Source: Lama guanicoe
Taxonomy: Eukaryota
NCBI GenBank assembly: GCA_013239625.1
Contig: MU053557.1
Span: 1,805,063 to 1,869,062 of the forward strand
Length of the DNA stretch: 64,000 nt
Direction of reading: 5' to 3'
Of this stretch, positions 39,651-50,570 are shown one piece after another. The translations under genes and the position numbers were made by a program. The notes under the pieces were generated by a model that saw only the letters and a program-made list of their open reading frames with translations, did not search any database and was not told where the DNA came from. Each line of letters opens with the position of its first letter. Positions within the stretch are counted from its first letter, which is position 1.

Positions 39651-41509
39651 CGCGTCTTGCCTGCTTGACTCCCAGACTTGAGCTTTTGACACCACACCCC
39701 CTTGTTTCATCATCACAAGTAGAAAGATCTGTGCCCAATTATCCCCATTTGCCCAGGGAAAGACAGAGAGGTTACATGCTCTCCACAGCGCAGAAAGAGT
39801 GAGTAGAAGCCAAGAACATGCAGCCTGCGTTCCCGCCTCCAGGTTCCTTGGGGGACCAAACGGCAGCTCATGTGTTCCAGTTTAAATACGACTAATGGCA
39901 CTTACATGGTGCTCCTGATGGGTAGAAATCAAATGCTCCCCATTTCTGAGCATCTTAAACATTACTATGAAAATGACTTAGCTTCCACACAGGTCTGGCA
40001 CTTTCCTATCTGTTCCAGGCCACCTAAGAATCAGGAACGGGTTTAACTCCTTTATTTATCCCAGAATCCTCAAATGAATCCTATGAGCAATGCTGCAGAG
40101 AACATCCGGGCACAAGCCCCGCTCTCCAAGCCCCTGGCCCATCTTCGGCTGCCCTGGCACCGTCACCAGGCAATCCACAGGACACCCTGAAGAAGGGCGG
40201 GCATCACCGCCTATGGGTTCTTTATTTGTAAAATTGTACAGGTTGTGCCCTAAGAAGCAGCTGAACGGTCTCATCTCCACGAGAGCCGCGGTCTGAGGCA
40301 GGCTCCCAGGGGAGTGTATCGTTCCACGTCCCGGCAGGAAGGTCTCCTCTTCTTTTAAGCTGCCAACACGGCGTCCTTAAATGTGTATTTTGAAAACTGT
40401 GTCCTTGGATGTGCTGTGTCCAAGAAAAGATTAAATCTCGAGCAAACAGTAGGCACAACACAGCTTCCCTGCAAGAGAAAGCAAACAGGCTTTATCACTA
40501 ATAAACATGGCTCAACAATCAATACATACTTGCCCTCTTTGCTGAAGCAGCTCTTAAGACTCACCTGAATTCTATCACTCTGGATAATTCTTGAAGAAAC
40601 TGCCTTTCTGCCTCCTAATGATCGTCCAACAAAGCAAGCACCTCAGAGGAGCGGGTTCAAAGGGGTGTTAAGGTATAGCTAAAATTGAGGTCTTAATCAT
40701 TCTGATGTGGAAAAACTCTATTATCAAACCTCACCAAGCCGGGGGGTCCCCCAGCTGCCAGCAGCAAGAACAAAAAGATGTCAGGGCTATTTACTCAAAA
40801 ATGACAGGAAATCAAAAATCTATCAAATGGATGTGTTAGCAGCAGCACCGCAAGCACGCTGGTTAGTGAGTTTTCGCACCCCATTTTGGCTTCTCCTTAG
40901 AATTACCTTCTAAGATTTCTAACTGTCAGACGCCCACTTGGACACACAGACCAGAGACTTCCAGGGAATACCTTTCGTGCAAGGTAGCCTACACAATGTG
41001 GTCACGTTCTATGTGAATTTACATGAGGCGAATTTGAAATGTGGTAGAATATAAAAATGTCTCCTCAGGCACATGGGCACAAACCCCATGGAACGCTTTT
41101 TCAAACATTAAGAATTGCAAAATTCCAAAATTCAAACATTAAGTCCACTGTACATGGCACCTAGACTGTTGCCACATCACAGTGCTACTTTATCTGCCAA
41201 ACGAAATGCCTGTATTTCTACCCCCATAGGCACGTGCACTGGAACTTTATGAAGCCATTTTAATGATCACTTGCTGGTATTCATTGTGATCATTTTAATG
41301 TGTTTTTTTTTATGCCTTAAAATAACACCAACCAAGTGGTGACGGCAGAGCTAATACAGAGAAAATAAACCCTCACACTATTAACTTTGAAACAGACGTA
41401 ACATGTGATCAAATGCTACATTTTAAAAAAAAAAGTTAAAATAAAAAAAAGGCCAAACCACCACCACCAGGCCACCTGATGTTAATTTAGAAGAGGGCAC
41501 GTTCTCACC

Positions 41510-41705
41510 CAGGGGAGAGAAAACTTTTCTTAAAGGACCAGATAGTAAATACTTTAGGCTTTGCAGGCTGTGAGATCTCTGTTGCAGCTCTGGGGTTGTA
41601 GCTAGAATACAGCCAGGAGCATAGCTGGTTCCAATAAAACTTTATTTACAAAACTGGGCCACAGGCTAGACCTGGCCCTTGCGCTGCAGTTGCCTGACTC
41701 CCCCC
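41510..41705. mobile_element. MER58A-like hAT-Charlie element
   Basis: aaacttttcttaaaggaccagatagtaaatactttaggctttgcaggc...ttccaataaaactttatttacaaaac. Confidence 0.85.
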
Positions 41706-42029
41706 TGCCATAGCTACAGAGCAAACCACCCCTGCCCCCTGCCTCTTGTTTAATGCAGCATTTTACTGCTCATAAAAGGGAGATCCCCCACCTACAACCA
41801 GCCTCCCATTTCCCACCAAGCTAATTTTGAGAAAATAAAAAGCTCGATTAAAACAGGCACACTTCAAGCTTGCAAAAACTTCGTAAAAATGGCCAAGAAA
41901 ATAGGGGGAAGCCATCAACTGGCGACAGAACTGCAGCAACATCAATGCCTCAAAATGTTTCACATCATGTTTCTCGTGATGCTTATATACCTGTGCATGT
42001 TTGTCAAAACTTAACCAAACTGTACATTT

Positions 42030-42163
42030 GAAATTCATTAGTCAATTTACCTGTACATAGATGATACGTCAATGAAGCTGATTTTGGAAACTCTTAGAAA
42101 TTCATTAGTCAATTTACCTGTACATAGATGATACGTCAATGAAGCTGATTTTGGAAACTCTTA
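42030..42163 (+). repeat. Perfect tandem duplication, 2 x 67 bp, in an old L1 3' end
   Basis: gaaattcattagtcaatttacctgtacatagatgatacgtcaatgaagctgattttggaaactctta at 42030-42096 and 42097-42163, identical. Confidence 0.97.
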
Positions 42164-42864
42164 AAGCTTCAGCAATAGCCTCTAATTTGCATACAGATTT
42201 ATGTGGTGAGAGTATACTTCCCTTCATATTTGCTCCTGAGAAAACTGGTCGTACATTATTAGAATTATGGAAGTCCTTCAGGGACATTCAATCCTTGCAT
42301 CCAATGCATTAAATGTACCTGTTCTGCACTAAAACTCCTCGTAGTATCCAGACCTCAACCACCTCACTCCAGAGAGGAGAATGAGTTGCTTTTTAAAAAC
42401 AATGCAAAGCCCTGCGTTCTTGACTTAGCTCTGCCCCACAGTGAAAACAAAGCAAGCAAAGAACAAGAACAAGGGTCATTTAAAACAGCAGGTAACGCTT
42501 GTTTAATTTTCTCTTCTTCACTAGCAACACTTTAAATCACAAACACAAGTTGGCAATTTAAACATGAGTTGTTCTTGAGTCTCAGCCCTTATTTTTTTTT
42601 GGTTTTTTTTTTTTCAGTTGTCTTAGCTCCACGGTGGAGCCTGTCAACATTCAAGCAGGGGGAAGAAACAAAACAAAACAAAACATGGCGAACAAGAAGA
42701 GGCTGGGATGCTAAAAGCAGGGGAAAGCCACACAAAGAAAATCACTCCTCTGATTAACCCAGTCGGTGGACCGCCTGACAACTTCAGACCTCAGCTATCG
42801 CCTTCCTCAGGGCCGCTGCATTTCATCTCTCTCCACTCAGAGATGAGAACTCACTTAAAGCCCT

Positions 42865-43010
42865 CATCTCTCAGAGTGTGCCCCCTGGACCGGCATCACC
42901 AGCATCGCCCGGGGACTGGTTAGAGACACAGATCCTCAGGCTCTCCCCAGAACTACTGAATCAGAAACTCTGATGCTCACTCAAGTCTCCAAATCACTAA
43001 TTTCAAGTCT
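42865..43010. mobile_element. MER5A-like element
   Basis: ctcagagtgtgccccctggaccggcatcaccagcatcgcccggggactggttagagacacagatcctcaggc...ctactgaatcagaaactctg. Confidence 0.75.
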
Positions 43011-44473
43011 GGAACCAATACACACTTGTAAGTGGAGTCTCCTCATGCTCTCATTTGACTTGGAGCTGGCTTTAGATCCCAGCCTCCCAGGGGAGATGGG
43101 CTCTGTGCACACGGACAGAAGTACCAGAGGTGCCTGCTGCCCCTCACCGCAAGGCCCAGCCAGGGAAAATGGAGGGGTGGGGTGGTGGCCAAGTTCTCCT
43201 CCACAACTGTTCCCAGAACAGAGCAGACGCGGGAGCACACCACACTTAGATCCACAGCAACATTTCTGGGGCACCTGCACATGCCGGGCCTGTGCTAAAT
43301 GGAGTTATCTTCCTTAGCCTTTACAGTAATAAATAAATTCACTAGTATGTGTGAACTATACAAAGGCTTAATATTCGTCAGGATGGAGTGAAACCCACAG
43401 ACAAGCAGAAACACTTGATGACCCTCCAGCTCTCATCCACAGGCCTGGCTAGTATGCGTTGAATGCAGAGGTGCTTGAACATGAATGTTCCTTTTGCTTC
43501 TTCTTTGGTTAACTGTTCCCAGACGTTATTGTATTTCACAGAGACCAGGTTGCTTACACAAAACCACATGTACTCTAGCCTTAGGCCAACATAAGGAAAT
43601 CTGAGGTAATTCTGAATTACCCAAGACCATGTTTGCGCTCCTTAAAGGTTTTACCTTCCCTCAGATGTTAAAAATCCGCTATACTCATTTATTTTAGGCT
43701 TTGATTCTCTCAAATAACTCTGTTCTGACTGTTCCACTGTGAAGACCATTGTCCTTGACACAGACAATAAAAGTAGTTAAGGAATGAAAAACTAAATAAT
43801 TCTGAAATCCCCCTGTCATCCATCTGTTAACCCTACATCCTTTGCCCTAAACTAGAGGTGGCCCGTGCTCCAGCGCAAGTGCCACCTCTTTCATCCTGTG
43901 CCCAAGGCAGACATTGCAAATAAATCACAGCACTCTTACCCAGGGCCTAAGAATTATTCTCAACGCCTTGCAATCCTTCTCAACAGCATTCCAGGCAGCC
44001 ACTCCCAATTGGTAGAAGTATATATGACTGGTAAAATGTATGTATTTCTCTGGCCAAGCAACACACCCCTTTCTTGTTTTCCCTCCTGCTCCAAATACAG
44101 CTTTAAACCACTCCCTTCGGTGTTCTCAGGACAACAGAATTGTGCTTCAGTAAATTCTGAACGGCAGTCTCTACAAACCTAGGCCACCTTGAGGGGTGCA
44201 ATCACGGTGGACTGCGCTGAGCCGTGTAAACAGTTTGAATGCAGATGTAACCCAGCACGTGGTACAAAACTGCTCTGAAAATCAAAGAACCCAGTAAATA
44301 AAGGGGCTGAACAGATAACAAAACACCTGGGAGACAGTATGCTGTGCGCAGAGCTAGGAAATGCAGAGCATAAATAGCCCGGGGAGGCGACGCGTGACAC
44401 TCAGGCTTATAAGCATGAAACAAGGCTTGAGTAAATAATTCCGATTTTGCGTCTGGTACTCACTGATGAGGCT

Positions 44474-44533
44474 TTATTCGGCTAAGGGGGCACCGCACTG
44501 TTCCTTCAGCAGCATCTCCATTATCCTAATTCC
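44474..44533 (-). CDS. Last coding exon (exon 44533-44464) of an unidentified minus-strand gene; encodes C-terminus GIRIMEMLLKEQCGAPLAE*
   Basis: Minus strand reads ttttgatttttctttcttctctccatag|GGA ATT AGG ATA ATG GAG ATG CTG CTG AAG GAA CAG TGC GGT GCC CCC TTA GCC GAA TAA agcctcatca|gtgagta. Long polypyrimidine tract plus TAG acceptor and a GTGAGT donor. Only phase 0 stays open for more than 4 codons. CpGs are retained at codon boundaries. Protein not recognised. Confidence 0.75.
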   Translation of the reverse strand, partial: GIRIMEMLLKEQCGAPLAE

Positions 44534-44884
44534 CTATGGAGAGAAGAAAGAAAAATCAAAATGTCACATTTCACGGACAAGCACTTTTATGTTTATCACA
44601 ACCTTTCTCTTCAATGAAGCCGAGCTATGGCCATATATTCCTTTCAGAACAGTAGGTTCATGGTCACACCTTACATTTTTATATAATATATTCTACTCAG
44701 CAATTTCACATACATTATCTCCACACGTGCTCGGAACTACCTGGGGAAGCGGGCAGAGCAGAGCTGTGGATGCTCATTTTCAACATAAGAAAGTCCAAGC
44801 GATGTTAAGTAACCTCCAGAAAGGGGCCCAGCTCCTAAGCGGTGCTGCCAGAGCTGGATTAATAATGGTGACAGTTAATCCTAG

Positions 44885-45113
44885 AATAGTGACATCAAAG
44901 GTCACTGGTCCCAGGACACCATAACAACTGTAATGGTACGGACAACGTTTGAAATTACTAAAATATGACACAGAGACACAAAGTGAGCAGATGTAGGAAA
45001 AATGGTGCCAAAAGACTTGTCCGCTGCAGGGTGGCCACAAACCTTCAGTTTATAAAAAGTGCAATGCCTACGAAGCGGGACAAAGCAGAGCACAGTAAAA
45101 CGAGGTAAGCCTG
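44885..45113 (-). mobile_element. Tigger1 (TcMar) 5' end fragment
   Basis: Reverse complement caggcttacctcgttttactgtgctctgctttg...tttttataaactgaaggtttgtggccaccctgcagcggacaagtc matches the Tigger1 TIR and 5' end. Confidence 0.85.
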
Positions 45114-45164
45114 TGCTGACCAAGCATGTGCACGTGTGCTGTACTCACTGCTAAGCCCTGTATG

Positions 45165-45585
45165 TCCATTACCATGGGGGAGTGGGTGCAGGGTGCACCA
45201 GAGAGATCTCCCCTCAGGACTTCTTCCCTAACTGCCAGCTCTGTAGGCTGCTGGAGGCAAACAGCCACCCTCAGCCAGAGGAAGATGCCTTACCTGAGGT
45301 CATGCCCCCTCTCCCAGGGAAGCCCACATATACTGGTGGGCATCGTGTATTAAAGGTCCAGCCCCTGCCCTCAATTTGGGGCAACCCTGAAAGGCATCTC
45401 ATCACCATAGTTACCCATGGGCTCAGTTGAGACCTTCATCACAACTGCATCACAGTTCAACATCACCTTCTGCCTCATCCTGCTTCCCTCACTCCCTCAC
45501 AAGAGTTGTTCCCAAGAGCCCTCTCCAGTAACCCTCTACACAAAAAGCTCCACCTTAGTCTGTGTCCAAGAGCCAACCGAGGACA
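45165..45585 (+). mobile_element. LTR16-like ERVL solo LTR
   Basis: gccttacctgaggtcatgccccctctcccaggg...cctcaatttggggcaaccctgaaagg...ctgcatcacagttcaac...tgttcccaagagccctctccagtaacc. Confidence 0.75.
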
Positions 45586-46671
45586 GCTGGCTTAATACAC
45601 ACCAAATCCCTGAGCAAGTGCTCCTCCTATCCCCGTTTTACTGATGAAGAAACAGAAACTCCAAGAAGGTTAACTTTCCCAACATTATACAGCTATGAAG
45701 TAACAGAGCCAGGGAAAGAACACAGATGTGGAATTCTGGTTTCAGAGGCACCCCTTCACCTTGTGGCAATGCTCACTCCACTACTGTACAGAGCAAGCTG
45801 TCTGTCCAGCCAAATTCCACCCTGGAGGAAAGAGGAAAGCAGACACGCCCTCTTTCCTCCTTCAGGGACAAGTTCGTAGACCAGAGAATAAACCTTCAGG
45901 AGGAAAGTAACTGTGATGCAACTATGAACTAAGGAACTCAGGAAGTCAAAGCTGGATGGTGGGGAATGAGACTCACTGCTCTCAGGCACTGGAGTGTAAC
46001 TGAGACAGAATATAATGATCAAGGCTAAGTTAAAATGCAGGTCCCCAGGCCCCTCAAGGGAAGGCGCTGATTTACTGGGAATCCAGTAGGCCCCGGAGCC
46101 CTGGACCTTTGACAGGCACCAGGGGCTTCTCATGGTCAGACAGGGCAGAGAGACACTGGTGGGCCTACCGGAGAAAGGCAGGGCCTTCCCACTCGGGATC
46201 TGTTCTGAGCCCGGGGAGGGGGTGCATCTTTAGAGAAGACAGTGCAATACACTGAGTACGAAAGAACACTGAGCAAACTGTGACACTTCCTTGAGGTTTC
46301 CCGAGGTCCTTCAGATCCGGGCTGGCCCTTCGCCCCAGACACTGCCAGAATCCTAAAAGGAAGAGTATTAATCAAAAGGTCTCGACCATGTGGAGGAGCA
46401 CGGAGCGTGGGGTGAGCCCAGCAGCAAACCGCAGGACCAGGAGCCCGAGTGTCAGAGTCAGGAGACCTGGGTTCTGGCCACAGCCCTGCCAATTAGTCTG
46501 CTGGGTACTTAGGTTAATCACTTTCCCCAAGAAGTCACAGACTAGAGGGCTCAGAGGACCATGAGGCTGGCTGGACAGGCAGTTTGCCCAACAGAATCAC
46601 GAGGGGAACCCACAAAGGCAAATACAGGTTCCCTACCCAGACCGATGTAATCAGAATTTCGAGGGCTGGGT

Positions 46672-46818
46672 GAGGAGAGTGTAGCTCAAGTGGTAGAGCA
46701 CATGCTTAGCATGCACAAGGTCCTGGGTTCAATCCCCAGTACCTCCTCTAAAAATAAATAAACCTAATTCCTCCTCTCTCCAAAATTAAAAAAAAATTAA
46801 TAATTAAAAAAAAAAAAA
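46672..46818 (+). mobile_element. tRNA-Ala-derived camelid SINE (vic-1-like), inserted in a MER5-like element
   Basis: gtgtagctcaagtggtagagcacatgcttagcatgcacaaggtcctgggttcaatccccagtacctcc + aaataaataaacctaatt tail + A-rich end. Confidence 0.9.
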
Positions 46819-49800
46819 CAATTTTCAAGGCTAGGGCATGGAATCTGTAGATTTGTAACATACCTCATGTGGTTCTGATGCACAACTAGTTTATATACTA
46901 GAATATGTAAAGAGCAGCTCCATGCTGCCTCCAGGATCCCTTACAGCCTTGCCAGTCAGGGAACTGATGAAACAGCTCTTCTTAATCACTTCTAAGGGGG
47001 AAAGGACGGGGTGGGGGATGAAACAACCTGCAGAATGAAAATTAACCTAATCCTTCACCTAAGAGCTGAACTGTGCTCATGTCTGCTCTCACTCATTCAA
47101 CAACAGAACCAGTTAACAAATATCTATTGTGCACCTACTGTGTGCACCAGAGGTTAAACGGTGAACAAACCTAAGTCCCTGCCCTCATGGAGCTTATAGC
47201 CTAAGAGATTTCCTTCCCTTTGTTTCAACTTTTTTGTTTCAACAAACCCCTGAGCAGTAACTCAACACCTTCCTTCTATTTTCAGGGAGAGTGACAACGG
47301 CCAGGTGAACTCCGTTTCAAGCTTCCTTCTGCAGAGTGAGCCCATAAGCCTAGACAGTACATCTTTACAACCAGAAAAGCCGACTCCTTCCTTAGGAAGT
47401 GAGCCCCAGTGAACGCTCCTCATCCATCTAAATTAAGAAGGCGGCCACTTACTGAGCTGAGCGCTAATTGACGTAAGTGAAGACTTTGAGGTTTGCCTTG
47501 GGAATTGAAACACGTTATTTATTGGATCAATTATGTTCACAATGTGACAGTTGATTTTTCTTTCTCTGTTTTCCCCTCTCTCATACCACTTACATCTTTT
47601 TAAGCAGAACAGTTAAAAACAGAAGGTGGAGAACCAGGGCAGGGAGAAAGAGAGAGACCTATAAAATGGATTAAAAACAAAAACCCTAACAGGGAGGCCA
47701 AGCCATTATTTAGTACAGCTCTTTGGTAAGGAAGGGCTGAATCAAAGCCCAATCGATAGAGTCCTTTCAAATAAAGTTGTAACACATAAAACTCAACCCC
47801 CAGGAGATGAGGCTTAAAGGAGCTAAATTTACACCACTTATCACACAATGTTGCCTGAAATGCAGAACAAACATTAAATAGATCCACCTTCATAGATACA
47901 GCTTGACGTAAAAGCTTTTTGGACTGACAAATCATAAACCAGCTTGATTTTATTATTTCCTTCCCCTCTGAGAATTTTTTTTCCCTATTACAAGGCTATC
48001 TTTCTCTATTTGCCAATGGACAGGTAAGTGAGCCCTCTCGGTCTCATTTCCCTAATACCAGGGTTGTGCTGGCCAAACGCATCCCCACAGGAGTCCCAGA
48101 GTAGAGACTTTCAGATTCAAAACACTTCACAAATTCCCCACTCTCAGAGTGTCTGAGAAATAGCTGATTGGTACAGAAAACAAAAAGCCTGCATGAAGAG
48201 GAGGCCGAATAAGCCGGAACTTAAGGGGGCTAGACCCAGACAGTATATTTATTTTATTAAACTGATGCTTCCTTAAGAAGCTCTGACTCACCTAGGGGGC
48301 TCTGAAGAGAGTAAACAGCAGACCTTATAAAAATTACAGAGTTTGAAAGCAGTTTTCAAAAGGACACCTCTATGGGGCTCTCTTAACAAAAGAGAACTGC
48401 TCACTTAATTATCACAGTGATAAAGATCAGCCATAATTAGATGAAGAACAACCATTCGTGTGCTGAGTGCTTACCACAAGCTAGGTACTGTAATAACCAG
48501 ATTAAGCATTGAAAGACACCCTCCCCTACGCTGGAAATAAAGCTTCTAGCGGATCATGACTTTGGAGTAAGTACCATTAACAGGAGCAGCGCCCATTGTG
48601 TGTAAGGGACTGCACTGATGCAATGAGGAATTAGATGCATAGAAAACATGATGTCTCTACTCTAGGGATCACTGGTCTCTTGGAAGGAATTAGAGAAATG
48701 CAAAATAAATGAAATGCAAGACAGCCTTTGAGAAACGTTACCATGTTTAAAAAAAAATTCAATGGAACAAGTAAAGTAGAAACTGATCGTGCATGAAGGC
48801 AGGACTTGCAGAAGCCGCTAGAAGATGAACGATTTGAGTAAGACCCAAGTCTGGTTATGAGTGTGATGCACAGAGTGAAGGGAAGTCCAAGCAGAGGGCA
48901 GATGAAGAAAGGGGATGGGGGCGGGAACAGCAATGCACGTGCAGTTAAGCATTTGTCTTCTTGAAGGGAGAGATGAGACTGTTATACGTCCAGTGTTTCC
49001 ACCCTCCCCATTCCCCACCTGCTCACACACACTCTTCCTCCCACCTTAGCTCTGCTCTTTCCTGGGGGAGACAACAGCACACAAAACACCCCTGTGTGGC
49101 CACAAATAGCACCGTAATTATGGAATGACATTGTTAGATTTAGGGTTGAGACCAAGCTAGCTGAGAAACCTTGGGCGTTTTCCTTAAGCTTGTGCCTCAT
49201 CATGGAACGGAGATAAAACAGTAATACGGGCTTGCCCTAAGAATTTGTTAAAATCATGTCTAATCTGGTGCTCAAAGTACCTAGCTTCTGGTGAACACTC
49301 AGTAAATAAATACTTGTTCATCTAAATCTCTTTCATGACTATCTATTCCCACAGGAATGAAAGTCCCAAAAGGCTAGGGGCCTTGTCTGTCTTGTTCAAG
49401 ATGTAACCCCCAGTACACAGAAGGCATGCAATAGTATCCACTGAATGAATGAATGAATGAATGTATCAATCTACCAACCAATTATCAGCTTACAAATCTA
49501 CCACATTCAATGGTCAGGTACTCAGAGACTGGGAACAACAGTCACGTACATTTGAATCCTCACTGTCTAGTGCAGAATTTGGCACAAAGTACATGCTCAC
49601 TGTTGATGAATTATAAGACTGATCAACTGACTGCTTCTGAATGACGTTTGAATTTTGGAATTACAGTGCACTCTGCCCAGTAGTTAGCATCCTGGAAAGT
49701 GTGGTGAAAGGTCACGATAACAAAGGCTGCCACAGGAAACGGGGGGGGGGGGACAAGCAAAAAATAAAGAAGGGAAGTATGAAAGATAAAAGGGAGGGAA

Positions 49801-50369
49801 TGCTGTGGAAAGAATGACAGCAGAGGTGGTACTTAAAATGGGCCCTGAAGAATGCAGATTAGCCAAGAGGAGTTAGCGAGATCATTTCAGATGCTGAAGT
49901 GTGTTCACTATCAAACCACTCACCTCTTGATGAAATGGTATGCACCAAGTTTACTTTAAAAACCTCACTTTCCTTTGGATTCTAAACTTTTGTTACTAAG
50001 TTGGTTTACATAAAACTTTCCCAGATTCTTTTCATGCACTTTATGTAGAATCATAGCAGTATGAATACAAGGTATTCAACCCTTCAATAGCATTCCACTG
50101 CTCTTATAATAAAATTCACCTTCTTTATCGTGGCTATGAGGCCCTGTATGATCTGCTTCTAGCCGTGTCAGCCACAGGAAGGAAGGAAAGGAGAGAGGGA
50201 GGGAGGAATCCACATCCAGTTTTCTCATCAAAAAGTAAGAGAAACATTGCTCAGTGCTTCTCCAGGAAAAGACTTTTAGCCACAATAAAGTGCCTTTTAC
50301 CTGATGCTGTCCAATTCTTCTATAGTTAGGGTTTCTCATCTATAAAACTGTAAAACACCGAACAATGAT

Positions 50370-50570
50370 AATCGTTAAAAGCTGCTGGCACGAGCTGTGT
50401 GCCAGGCACTGTGCTGAGCGCTTTACCTGCATTGGCTGATTTTACCCTCTTATCTGCCTTATCTTCTTTTTTTGGATGTGACCCAAGGCTCAGAGAAATG
50501 AAGCATCTGGACCAAAATCACATGACAACTAAGAAGCAGAGCCTTGATTTGACCCAAGGCAATCAGGGCT
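50370..50570 (-). mobile_element. MIR SINE
   Basis: tgtgtgccaggcactgtgctgagcgctttac...aaggctcagagaaatgaagc...tttgacccaaggcaatc. Confidence 0.8.

Noticed and set aside
46675..46748. tRNA-Ala(AGC)-like sequences (also at 13144 and 57280-57353)
   Set aside because: They are SINE heads: followed by a shared non-tRNA tail and A-run, one with a TSD, and with diverged stems. Not tRNA genes.
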